64,000 nucleotides of DNA from Chloroflexota bacterium (GTDB taxonomy: Bacteria > Chloroflexota > UBA11872 > VXNJ01): assembly GCA_965261345.1 (NCBI GenBank), contig OZ253449.1, positions 1,216,001 to 1,280,000 on the forward strand. The letters are read 5' to 3'. Both the position numbers and the translations under genes were made by a program. Positions within the stretch are counted from its first letter, which is position 1, and every line of letters starts with the position of its first letter. Positions 18,206 through 27,159 of this stretch are shown in pieces. Under the pieces are notes generated by a model that did not search any database, was not told the DNA's origin, and was given only the letters and a program-made list of their open reading frames with translations.

Positions 18206-19236
18206 GGGGCGGGCAGGAACTCGGCGACCGGGACGCCGGCGCGGCGGTGCCCGGCCGCACAGGCGGCAAACATCATCGCCACGCTTTGCAGGTTGTCGCG
18301 GAAGGTGCACTCCGGCTCGGTGCCCGATTCCAGCCAGCTGAGGAACTGCTCGAGCACCCGGGCGTGGGCCTGGCGTCCGTCATCGCCAATATCGATTAGG
18401 CGGTCCGCCCGGCCGGCGCGCGCTATCACCAGCCGGTCGGGCCCGGCGGTGGCGATCGAACCGTTTTGGCACTCGGCCCGGTAGTACTCCTCGTACCACG
18501 AATTGGGGGTCCCGGCGGAGAGCAGGTTGGCCTCGTAGCCGGCCCTCGTATCGTTGTCCAGCTCTACCAGGTAGAGCCCGGCGGCGAGTCCTTTAAAGGA
18601 GGACCAGGGCGGATTGTAGGCACTGGCGAATACCTGCACCGGGTTGCCGCCGGAGAGGTGACGAATCATGTCCAGATGGTGGATTGAGCCGTCCAGAACC
18701 ATCGGATCGGCCATCTCATGCCGGAACGGGTTGGGGCCGCCCCAGGACCCGTAGTCACGGTAGTCATCGGCAAAACGGGCCACGATGTACTGCAGCGGCC
18801 CCAGCTCCCCGGAATCGAGCAGCCGCTTGAACTCAATCATCCGCGTCGAGTAGCGGTAATTTTGAACGACCTGGCAGGTGATGCCGGATTCGTTGGCCAA
18901 TCTGGCCATCTCCAGGACCTGGTCAAAGTCGGACGAAATCGGTTTTTCCAAAAGCACCGGCAGGCCGGCCCGGCAGGCCGCTGCGAACGGTTCGACGTGG
19001 TTCCAAGGGGGTGTTACGATGATGCAGAAATCGACCTCGGCGGCGGCGATGGCCGCATCGGGCGACTGGAAGCGCGCGCTGGGCGGCAGCGCCAGCAGGT
19101 CGCCGACCCGGTCAAGCGCCGCCCGATCGATGTCGCAGATCGCGGTGATCTCGGCCCGTTCGCCCACCTGCGGGAAGATCCGCCGGGCGTAGGCGCTGCC
19201 CATCCCGCCCAGTCCGATGAGCAACGCCGAGAGCAT
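18202..19236 (-). CDS. Gfo/Idh/MocA family oxidoreductase
   Basis: Motifs GLGGMG, LEKP, QNYRY and DGSIHHLD. Confidence 0.9.
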   Translation of the reverse strand: MLSALLIGLGGMGSAYARRIFPQVGERAEITAICDIDRAALDRVGDLLALPPSARFQSPDAAIAAAEVDFCIIVTPPWNHVEPFAAACRAGLPVLLEKPISSDFDQVLEMARLANESGITCQVVQNYRYSTRMIEFKRLLDSGELGPLQYIVARFADDYRDYGSWGGPNPFRHEMADPMVLDGSIHHLDMIRHLSGGNPVQVFASAYNPPWSSFKGLAAGLYLVELDNDTRAGYEANLLSAGTPNSWYEEYYRAECQNGSIATAGPDRLVIARAGRADRLIDIGDDGRQAHARVLEQFLSWLESGTEPECTFRDNLQSVAMMFAACAAGHRRAGVPVAEFLPAP

Positions 19237-19246
19237 GGTGGGGCGG

Positions 19247-20020
19247 CTAAGCGCCCATCCAACCGCCGTCGACTGGCAGGATGTGGCCGGTAATGTACCC
19301 GGCCGCCGGTGAGGCTAAGAACACCGCCGCGCCGCCCATGTCGGCGGGATTCCCCCAGCGCCGCATCGGGACCCGTGATAGCACCCAGGAGGAGAACTCC
19401 TCCTGGTTGTAGCGTGCCTCGGTCATGGCGGTGCGGATGTAGCCCGGGGCGATCGCATTCACGGTGATCGGGGTCTGGGCCAGTTCGGTGGCGATTGCCT
19501 TGGTTACCTGGGCGACACCGCCCTTGGTCGCCCCGTAGGTCGAGTTGCCGGCCATCCCGATAAAGGAGGTCATCGAGGCGGTGTTGATGATCCTTCCGTA
19601 GCCGCCGGCGAGCATCGGTGCGATTGCAAATTTCATGCCGAAGTACACTGCCCGCAGATTGACCGAATTGACAAAATCCCAATCCTCGGGAGTTACCTGG
19701 TCGATCGGGAGGCGCCGGTTGCTGCCGGCGTTGTTAAAGAGGATGTCAAGCCGTCCAAACTCTTCGGTGGGCAGTTCGATCAGCTTTTGCAGTTGGCCCA
19801 AGTCCGACACGTCGACCTGGCTGGTTATCACCCGGCGGCCGATCTGCCTGATCTCGGCGGCCACCGCCTCGAGCTGGTCGAGCGAGCGGGCGGCCAGCAC
19901 CAGGTCGGCGCCGGCGTTGGCCAGGGCCCGCGCGAAGCCGGCCCCGATTCCGCGGCCCCCGCCGGTGACCAGCGCCACCTTGCCGGAAAGGTCGAAGGGA
20001 TTACCGTTTTCCCAAGCCAT
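19247..20020 (-). CDS. Classical SDR (gluconate 5-dehydrogenase/KduD-like)
   Basis: Motifs TGGGRGIG, NNAG, YGATKGG, NAIAPGY and VDGG. Start MAWENG (20020). Confidence 0.9.
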   Translation of the reverse strand: MAWENGNPFDLSGKVALVTGGGRGIGAGFARALANAGADLVLAARSLDQLEAVAAEIRQIGRRVITSQVDVSDLGQLQKLIELPTEEFGRLDILFNNAGSNRRLPIDQVTPEDWDFVNSVNLRAVYFGMKFAIAPMLAGGYGRIINTASMTSFIGMAGNSTYGATKGGVAQVTKAIATELAQTPITVNAIAPGYIRTAMTEARYNQEEFSSWVLSRVPMRRWGNPADMGGAAVFLASPAAGYITGHILPVDGGWMGA

Positions 20021-20030
20021 CAGTGGATCC

Positions 20031-20354
20031 TTATTGGAGCGGTGAGTAGTCGGTCGGACGCAGCAGACGGTTCTCAACCCGAGACACGATCTGATGGTTT
20101 CTTTCGGTTTCGGCTTTGACCTGGAGCCATTCCGGGTCAACTACGAAGGCGCCCCATTTGGCCTCGCGGTCGGCCATGTCGGCAAAGGCGATGATGTAGG
20201 TCAGTCGCTGGTTGACGCCGACGATTTCATCCCAGAATCCGACCACGTCGATTCCGAGACGCGCCCAGATCCCGAGGGTGTGGTTACGGAAGCGGGCGTT
20301 GATCTCGGGCATGCGGCCCGGCTCGATGTAGTACTCGCGCAACTCGTAGAGCAT
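20031..20354 (-). CDS. NIPSNAP family protein
   Basis: Pattern YELREY...PG......F......G..VVGFW......L.YI.A....A.RE..W.AF..DPEW...LLRPTDYSP. Confidence 0.9.
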   Translation of the reverse strand: MLYELREYYIEPGRMPEINARFRNHTLGIWARLGIDVVGFWDEIVGVNQRLTYIIAFADMADREAKWGAFVVDPEWLQVKAETERNHQIVSRVENRLLRPTDYSPLQ

Positions 20355-20421
20355 TGGATCCTCCGCCAAAAACCTCCATAATCGTACTTATTTCGCCAGT
20401 CCCGCACACTCGTCCAGGCCG

Positions 20422-21357
20422 TTGCAACCGCCCGTTCCCGACAATCCCAGCAGCCGCCGCAAGGTCGGCCAGGTACTCTCGCTGATCGAATCGCACCTCG
20501 CCGGGGCGTCATCGTTCCACGGGGCGGTGGTAACCGATTCGGTCGCCCATGGTGATGCCCGGCCCGATTCGGACGTGGACATGTTCCTGCTGTTTTCACC
20601 GCTTGATTTAACGGTCATCCCGGGCGATTTCATATGGTCGCCACTATCTGACCGGTTCTACGGCCGCGGCGAAAACCTGCCCGACGACCCCGACCTGCTC
20701 CACATCGACGCCCGACGAGTCGACTTGGAACGGCTCAGAACGGGCGGCGCCAGCGAGCTGGAGCGCCACCTGTTGGCCTCCGGGTTGCTCATCTACGATC
20801 GCCAGCGGGCCTGCCGGGAGGTGATCACGGCGGCGGCCCGCTATCCTGACCGGACCCGGCGCGAGCGGCTGGTGGACGGGTTTTTTCAGGTGAGCTACCA
20901 TCTGCAGCCGGACAAGGCTTTCGCCTGGTATGAGCGCGCCGACGGGCGCTGCGCGCACGCCCATTTCAATGCCGGGGTGGAGTACTTCATCAAATTTTTG
21001 TTTGCCTGGCACCGCTCCTGGCTGACCTGGCCCAACAAGCGGGTGCAGTTCCTGCTGGACCAAGTCGAACCGGTGGGCGGACTGGGTGAGTGCTTTGAGC
21101 AGATCCTGCTCACGCGGAACTTTTCGCGGGCCGAACTGGCCCGCCGAATGGAGGCGCTGGGGGCCTACATGGACCGCATGCGGGAACTGCTGCAGGCGTC
21201 CGGGATCCTGCCAGACTGTGATCCGGTCGAGTGGGCCTATGGCCAGATCCACCCCGAAATCGGGTTGCGCCACAGCATGGATCCCTGGCGGCTGGCCAAC
21301 GCGGCTCGTTTGGATAACAATCAGGCTGGTGCCGGACCGGCACGGAGGAAAAATTGA
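20422..21357 (+). CDS. Pol-beta-superfamily nucleotidyltransferase with a helical C-terminal domain (KNTase/DUF4037-like)
   Basis: Motif [D]SVAHGDARPDSDVD, with DS in place of the usual GS, and a third acidic strand HIDAR. The C-terminal region is helical (FLFAWHRSW..W..KR). Confidence 0.7.
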   Translation: MQPPVPDNPSSRRKVGQVLSLIESHLAGASSFHGAVVTDSVAHGDARPDSDVDMFLLFSPLDLTVIPGDFIWSPLSDRFYGRGENLPDDPDLLHIDARRVDLERLRTGGASELERHLLASGLLIYDRQRACREVITAAARYPDRTRRERLVDGFFQVSYHLQPDKAFAWYERADGRCAHAHFNAGVEYFIKFLFAWHRSWLTWPNKRVQFLLDQVEPVGGLGECFEQILLTRNFSRAELARRMEALGAYMDRMRELLQASGILPDCDPVEWAYGQIHPEIGLRHSMDPWRLANAARLDNNQAGAGPARRKN

Positions 21358-21803
21358 GTCGAGTCAAGCGTTCCCAGCCCAAGCCGCGCAAATACGTTAT
21401 CGTGGTCGGTTGTGGGCGGGTTGGGGCGCAACTGGCGAACCTGCTCGATGACGACGGTGATGCGGTGGTGGTTCTGGATTCCTCGGCCGATTCCTTCAAG
21501 CGCCTGCACCCCGGATTCAGCGGATCGACGATGGTCGGGGATGCCAAAAACACCCGTTTGCTCGAACGTGCCGGCATCAGGAACGCCGACGCGCTGGTCA
21601 CCGCCACCCAGGGTGACAACACCAACATCATGATCGCCCAGATGGCACAGAAGATCTACCAAGTTCGGTTCGTGGTCGCCCGGTGCTACGATCCGGTTCG
21701 TTCGGATGCCTACGCGGCGCTGGGACTGCGCACCATCTGCCCCACCACCGTCGGCGCCGAGATGCTCCGCGATGCGCTGCAAGAGGTCGGTTCGGGGGCC
21801 TGA
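21354..21803 (+). CDS. TrkA-N (RCK_N only) protein
   Basis: Motifs VVGCGRVG, GDA.....LERAGI..ADA and T.GDNTNI; no RCK_C domain. Confidence 0.9.
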   Translation: MSRVKRSQPKPRKYVIVVGCGRVGAQLANLLDDDGDAVVVLDSSADSFKRLHPGFSGSTMVGDAKNTRLLERAGIRNADALVTATQGDNTNIMIAQMAQKIYQVRFVVARCYDPVRSDAYAALGLRTICPTTVGAEMLRDALQEVGSGA

Positions 21804-21809
21804 TCTTAA

Positions 21810-22499
21810 GTGTTCATCATTGTCTGCGGCGGCGGAACGATCGGCTACAACATCACCCTCGAGCTGCTCGATCGAGGTCACGAGGTGGTGGTGCTGGAGA
21901 AAAACGCCGCCCGGGCCCGCTACCTGCAGTCGGAAATCGGCCAGCTGGTAATGCCCAACGACGGCTGCGAGGGGCGCTGGCTCAAGGAGGCCGGGGTCAA
22001 CCGCGCCGACCTGGTGTGCGCGCTAACCGACCACGACGAGGACAACCTGATCATCGCCCAGCTGGCCAACAGCCTCTCTGACAAAGGCTGCCGGATCATC
22101 GCCCGCGTAAACGAACCCGCCAATGCGGCGGTTTTTCGCTCGCTGGGGGTGCCGGAGACGGTCAGCGCCACCGACCTGGTGCTCGCGATGATCGAGAGCG
22201 AGGTAAGGGACGGGGGCGGAGTGGTCCACTTAACGCGCCTGGCCCAGGGAGGTTATGAACTGGTTCAGTTTCGATTCACCCAGGAATCGCGGGCGCTCAA
22301 TCGTCCGCTGGGGCAGTTGGGGCTGCCCCAGCGCGGCTGCAGAATCTGCGCCGTGCTGCGCGCCGGGGCGGTCATCGAGAACGAACCCGAACTCGAGCTG
22401 GTCCTCGGCGATGAGCTGATCGCGCTGGTTAAGGCCGAAAGTCTCGACGCGGTACGCGAGTACCTGATCGAACCGGAATTTAAGGTCGAAATCTCTTAA
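21810..22499 (+). CDS. trkA: TrkA family protein (RCK_N + RCK_C)
   Basis: Motifs GGGTIG, DGCE...L.EAG..RAD and T..DEDNL, plus a C-terminal RCK_C (L..LGLP...I.AV.R...GD). Confidence 0.88.
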   Translation: MFIIVCGGGTIGYNITLELLDRGHEVVVLEKNAARARYLQSEIGQLVMPNDGCEGRWLKEAGVNRADLVCALTDHDEDNLIIAQLANSLSDKGCRIIARVNEPANAAVFRSLGVPETVSATDLVLAMIESEVRDGGGVVHLTRLAQGGYELVQFRFTQESRALNRPLGQLGLPQRGCRICAVLRAGAVIENEPELELVLGDELIALVKAESLDAVREYLIEPEFKVEIS

Positions 22500-22522
22500 A
22501 AACCGCCCAGCGGCCGGGGGAT

Positions 22523-23464
22523 CTAGGTGCCAGTGGCCGACAGCGCGGCCTGCTGCCGGGCCCAACCGGCGGTCCGGGTCAGGCCTTCGGCCAGCGGGAC
22601 CTTTGGCGTCCAGCCAAGATCGCGGTGGGCGGCCCGACAATCGAGCGCGACGTGCGTGACCTCGCCGGGAGCCAGGTCGACCAGGTCGGGTTGGATGTCT
22701 AGGGAGAGGGCCTGACAGAGGAAATCGAAGACCTGACGCACCGAGGTTTGCTGGCCGCTGGCGATGTTATAGGCGCGCGGGCCGCCCGATGCAGCCGCCA
22801 GCAGCAGTGCGTCGACGACGTCGCTGACGTAGACGTAATCGCGGGTTGGCCGGCCGTGTCCGCGCAGGCGAGGCGTCTGTCCGCTCAGCAGCTGTTCCAA
22901 AAATATCTGGGCCACTCCAACTTCTGAACCGGGCTTTTGGCCGGGCCCATAGATGTTGCCGGGCCGCAGGATGGTGTAGGAGAGGCCGGATTGCTTACCC
23001 AGCTGGGCAAGGTAGAGTTCGGCGCAATATTTGGAGAGGCCATAGGGCGAGGTCGGGTCCGCCGCGCGGGTCTCGGCCGCCGGAATCTGATCCGGTGCCA
23101 GATCGCCGTACATCGCCCCGCCGGTGGAAACGAAAACGAAGCGGGCGTTGCCCGCCGCCAGTGCGGCCGAGAGGGTTCCGGACACATTCACGTCGAGGTC
23201 GTACCAGGGCTCGGAATGGGCCCGCCTGGGATCGGCCTGGGCGGCCAGGTGAAAAACCACCAAGGGCTCAAATCGCTCCGCCGCGTCGGCCAGGTGGACC
23301 CGCTCGCGGACGTCGATGCGCGCATATTCGACGTCCGGGCGGGCGCTAAGTGATAGCGGCGCGGCCGCTGAATCGACCACCAGGACCTGGTCGCCGCGCG
23401 CAATTAGGGCGTTGACTAGGTGCTGGCCCAGAAAACCGGCCCCGCCGGTGACCAAACTTCGCAA
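22523..23464 (-). CDS. NAD-dependent epimerase (UDP-glucose 4-epimerase-like)
   Basis: Motifs TGGAGFLG, HLAAQ, STGGAMYG, SPYGLSK and RDYVYV.DV. Confidence 0.9.
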   Translation of the reverse strand: MRSLVTGGAGFLGQHLVNALIARGDQVLVVDSAAAPLSLSARPDVEYARIDVRERVHLADAAERFEPLVVFHLAAQADPRRAHSEPWYDLDVNVSGTLSAALAAGNARFVFVSTGGAMYGDLAPDQIPAAETRAADPTSPYGLSKYCAELYLAQLGKQSGLSYTILRPGNIYGPGQKPGSEVGVAQIFLEQLLSGQTPRLRGHGRPTRDYVYVSDVVDALLLAAASGGPRAYNIASGQQTSVRQVFDFLCQALSLDIQPDLVDLAPGEVTHVALDCRAAHRDLGWTPKVPLAEGLTRTAGWARQQAALSATGT

Positions 23465-23639
23465 TCGCCAATCCGTTCGAAAAAGGCAGCTAGGTTACGC
23501 GGTAGCGCCCGACCGCAACCGGCGGCGTGAGCCGGAGCCACGGTCGCTACAGTGCCATTTTCGCCGGACGAAACCGGTCGCCGCCCAACAACCGGTCGGA
23601 TCTGCCTACTGCGATGCTTGGCCGGATTTGCCGGCCGCG

Positions 23640-24773
23640 CTATCGGCCGGAGTACTTGCTAAAGAAGAAGATGATCGAACTGAGCAGGGCGCAGGCGCCG
23701 AAAAGCAGGCCCATCAACGGGTATCCGCCGATCGTGAGCGCCGCCCCACCCAATGCCGATCCCAGCATTATTCCGGACGAAAAACTCACCTGCAGCAATC
23801 CGGTGATCGCGCCACGGTGCTCGGGTGCCAGGTCGAGCACGGTGGCGTTAAGCGAAGTCGAGCGCAGCCCCAATCCAAACGACCAGATCGCCGACATCGC
23901 GATCGCGAAAAGCGGTTCCAGCGGTAGGTTGAGCAGCACAATCACCGGAATGAAAAAGATCAGTCCGGCGGCGACCAGCGAATGGAGTCGAAGGTGGACC
24001 GGGATGCGCCCTGAGATCCAGGTTGAAATCATGGCCATGGCGGGCCCAACCGTGAGTACCAACCCCACCTGATCCGCCGATAGCCCGTAGGAATAAGCCA
24101 CGAAGGCGCCGAAGAATACCTCGATGCCGTAGCCGCCGATTACGAAGACCACGTTGGCCGAGAGCAGCGTGGTAACCGTTCGATCGGCAAAAAGGCGGCG
24201 GTAGGCCGAGGCCATTGCGGAAAGCAGCGCCAGCAGCGATCCGGCGCGGGTCGGCAAACGCGGCAATATGATCCAGCCCATAAGCAGGGCGGCGGCCGAT
24301 ATCAATGTCCCTGCTCCGTAGGCGGCCGGCCAACCGAAGGACCCCGCCAGGAACCCCGAAATCAATGGACCGGCCAGAAACGCGGATCGCGAAATGACCA
24401 GCAGCCACGAAATAAAGCGGTCGCGCGCGCGGCCATCGTAAAGGTCGGCCACGGTGGAAAAAATCTGCGGAAATACGATCCCGTTCCCTACGCCCAGGAA
24501 AACCGCGGCCAGGAAGAGGACCCACAGATCGGGGATGATCCAAACCGCCGCCGCGGCCGCCATCCGCATCGCGATTGCGATCAGGATCACCGGGCGCCGC
24601 CCCAGGTTGTCAGCCAGCGGCGAAACGACCAGCGCGGCCGCCACCGAGAGGATCGTCTCGACGGTCAAGGTCTGGGCAATTAAGGCAACCGGGACGCCCA
24701 GATCCGAGGCGATAAATTGCGGCAGCGGTCCGTAAAGTCGCCTGGCAACCACCATCGCAAACATCACGTACAT
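23640..24773 (-). CDS. MFS transporter (DHA1-like); true start may be upstream
   Basis: About 12 TM helices with motif A (LADNLGRRPV) and AGPLISG.L....GW. Confidence 0.85.
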   Translation of the reverse strand: MYVMFAMVVARRLYGPLPQFIASDLGVPVALIAQTLTVETILSVAAALVVSPLADNLGRRPVILIAIAMRMAAAAAVWIIPDLWVLFLAAVFLGVGNGIVFPQIFSTVADLYDGRARDRFISWLLVISRSAFLAGPLISGFLAGSFGWPAAYGAGTLISAAALLMGWIILPRLPTRAGSLLALLSAMASAYRRLFADRTVTTLLSANVVFVIGGYGIEVFFGAFVAYSYGLSADQVGLVLTVGPAMAMISTWISGRIPVHLRLHSLVAAGLIFFIPVIVLLNLPLEPLFAIAMSAIWSFGLGLRSTSLNATVLDLAPEHRGAITGLLQVSFSSGIMLGSALGGAALTIGGYPLMGLLFGACALLSSIIFFFSKYSGR

Positions 24774-24964
24774 GAACCCCGGCGCAAAAAATGGGTTCAG
24801 CCGGTGTTTGGGTCCCGTGGCAACCGGCTCAGAAGCGGTTTCGATGGCTCGGGTGTTTCCGCATTGGTAGGGCCGCCAAGATTATCCAGACCACTGGGCC
24901 AGCTATGTCAGCCAAAGCAATAACATTGGGCTGATTGCCCCTGCCTGGGCGGGAATGGAGCCCC

Positions 24965-26241
24965 ATGATCGAAGCTGCGACCGCCGATTTGACGCTGGCC
25001 CAAGCCGACCCCGCCATTGCCGCGGCGCTACTGAGTGAGCAGCATCGCCAGGTCGAAGGGCTGGAGCTGATCGCCTCGGAGAATTACGCTTCGCAGGCGG
25101 TGATCGAAGCGGTGGGCTCGGTGTTTACCAACAAGTACGCTGAGGGTTATCCCGGTCGCCGCTACTACGGCGGCTGCGAAAACGTCGATATCGTGGAAAC
25201 GCTGGCCTGCGAACGCGCGCTGGAGCTATTTGGCGGCGACCACGTCAATGTGCAGCCCAGTTCCGGTTCGGCCCCCAACATGGCCGTCTACATGGCGATG
25301 CTAGAGCCGGGCGACACCCTGATGGGCCTCTCGCTGGCCCACGGCGGGCACCTCACCCACGGCCACCCGCTCAATTTTTCGGGCGGCCTCTACAACGTCG
25401 TCTCCTACGGGGTTGACCCCGAGACCGAACGGATCGACTATTCCGAGGTTGAGGCGCTGGCCCGCCGGCACCGCCCGAAACTGATCGTCTCGGGCTCATC
25501 GGCCTACCCGCGCACGATCGACTTTGCCAGGTTCGCCGAAATCGCCGACCAGGTCGGGGCCCTGCACATGTGTGATATGGCCCACATCGCCGGGTTGGTA
25601 GCCGGGCACGTACACCCCAACCCGGTCGAACACTCCGATTTCGTAACCAGCTCGACCCACAAGTCGCTGCGCGGTCCGCGCGGCGGGCTGCTGATCTGCC
25701 GCCAGCAGTATGCCAAGCAGATCGACCGCATGGTCTTCCCGGGCATCCAGGGCGGGCCGTTCATGAACGTGATCGCGGCCAAGGCGGTCGCGTTGCGCGA
25801 GGCCCTCAGCCCGGAGTTCTCCAGCTACGCGCGGGCGGTGGTGGAGAACGCCAAAGTCTTGGCCAAATCGCTCACCGATGCCGGTCTGCGGGTGGTTTCG
25901 GGCGGCACCGACAACCACATCGTCCTGCTCGATCTGGGCGCCGACGGACCGTCGGGCAAGAAGATGCAGCGGGTGCTCGAACTTGCCGCGATCACAACCA
26001 ACAAGAACACCGTCCCGCGCGAGACCCGCAAACCCTACCTGGCCTCGGGTATCCGGCTGGGCACCCCGGCGCTGACCACCCGCGGGATGGGGCGGCGCAG
26101 ATGCGCCAGATCGGGACCTGGATCGCCCGGATTGCCCGGGCCGACGACGAATCGGAGATCGCCGCGGTGCGCGAGCAGGTCCTGGAACTGGCGACCGGCT
26201 ATCCGGTCCCGGCAATCGCCTGGCCGCAAGACTCCCGGTAA
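24965..26241 (+). CDS. glyA: Serine hydroxymethyltransferase with a -1 frameshift in a G-run at 26089-26092 (sequencing error or recent pseudogenisation)
   Basis: Motifs [37 protein letters not shown] and [14 protein letters not shown]. Adding one G restores the normal tail ..[12 protein letters not shown]...[15 protein letters not shown], ending at TAA 26239-26241. Confidence 0.93.
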
Positions 26242-26271
26242 CCCCGACGCAGGCGCAGCGGGCGGGGATCG

Positions 26272-27159
26272 GTGCATGAGGCGGCCGCGATCGCGGCCGC
26301 GTTCTGCTGGAGTTGTGGTTTCGTAATCGCCCGCCCGTTGCTGGGACAGCTGAGCGTGTTCCGGCTCAATATCCTGCGTCTCTCCGGGCCGGCGATCCTG
26401 TTTCCGCTGCTGCTGCTCTCGCTCGGACTCGGCCACTTGCTTGGCGAATTGGAGCTGCACAACATCGCCGCGCTGGCGTTCACCGCGGTGGCCGGCATCG
26501 GGCTGGTCGATCTGGGCATGATTCACGCGATGCGCCTGGTCGGGGTTTCGCGGGCCTATACGATGTCCAACCTGTCCACCCTCTTCGCGCTGCTGTGGGC
26601 CTACCTGCTGCTGGGCGAATCAATCAACTCGGCGGTCATCTGGGCCGCGCTGCTGATGGCCACCGGGGTCGGCCTAACGACTCTGCGCGGGGGAAGCGGC
26701 CAGGGGGAGGCCAGCTATGGTTCGCGCCAGTTCTGGCTGGGAATATCGCTGGCCGCCGGAGTTGCCTGCATCTGGGGCCTAGACATCATTTTTCTGCGCA
26801 TCGGGGTGGGTGACGCCCATCCGCTGGCGGCCAACGCGGTCCGCCTGCCGATGGCCCTACTGGTGGCCACGACGGCCATGTTGATCCGCGCACCCGCCGG
26901 CCAAAAACTCAACCTACCCACCATCCCGCAGGCCGGGCGCGGCCTTTTGGGCGGGCTCGTTGGCATCGGCATCGGGGGGATCCTGTTCCTCTACGCGCTG
27001 CAGGGCATCGGGGCGGCACGGGCCGGGGTGCTGGCGGCGCTTTCGCCAATCTTCGGTATGGTGCTGGCGGCCATTTTTCTGCATGAGCGCCCCAACCGCC
27101 GACAGATGTTGGGAGTGCTGCTGGCGGTTGGCGGGGTATATCTGATCTCAAACTCTTAG
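26272..27159 (+). CDS. DMT/EamA family transporter
   Basis: About 10 TM helices in two repeats; motifs GVSRA...SNL..LFA.LWA.LLLGE and L.ALSPIF..LA.IFLHE. Confidence 0.9.
   Translation: MHEAAAIAAAFCWSCGFVIARPLLGQLSVFRLNILRLSGPAILFPLLLLSLGLGHLLGELELHNIAALAFTAVAGIGLVDLGMIHAMRLVGVSRAYTMSNLSTLFALLWAYLLLGESINSAVIWAALLMATGVGLTTLRGGSGQGEASYGSRQFWLGISLAAGVACIWGLDIIFLRIGVGDAHPLAANAVRLPMALLVATTAMLIRAPAGQKLNLPTIPQAGRGLLGGLVGIGIGGILFLYALQGIGAARAGVLAALSPIFGMVLAAIFLHERPNRRQMLGVLLAVGGVYLISNS

Noticed and set aside
20422-21357. CBASS/CD-NTase or MNT-HEPN toxin-antitoxin system
   Set aside because: No adjacent effector, Cap or HEPN gene; the domain layout looks more like KNTase/DUF4037-type proteins.
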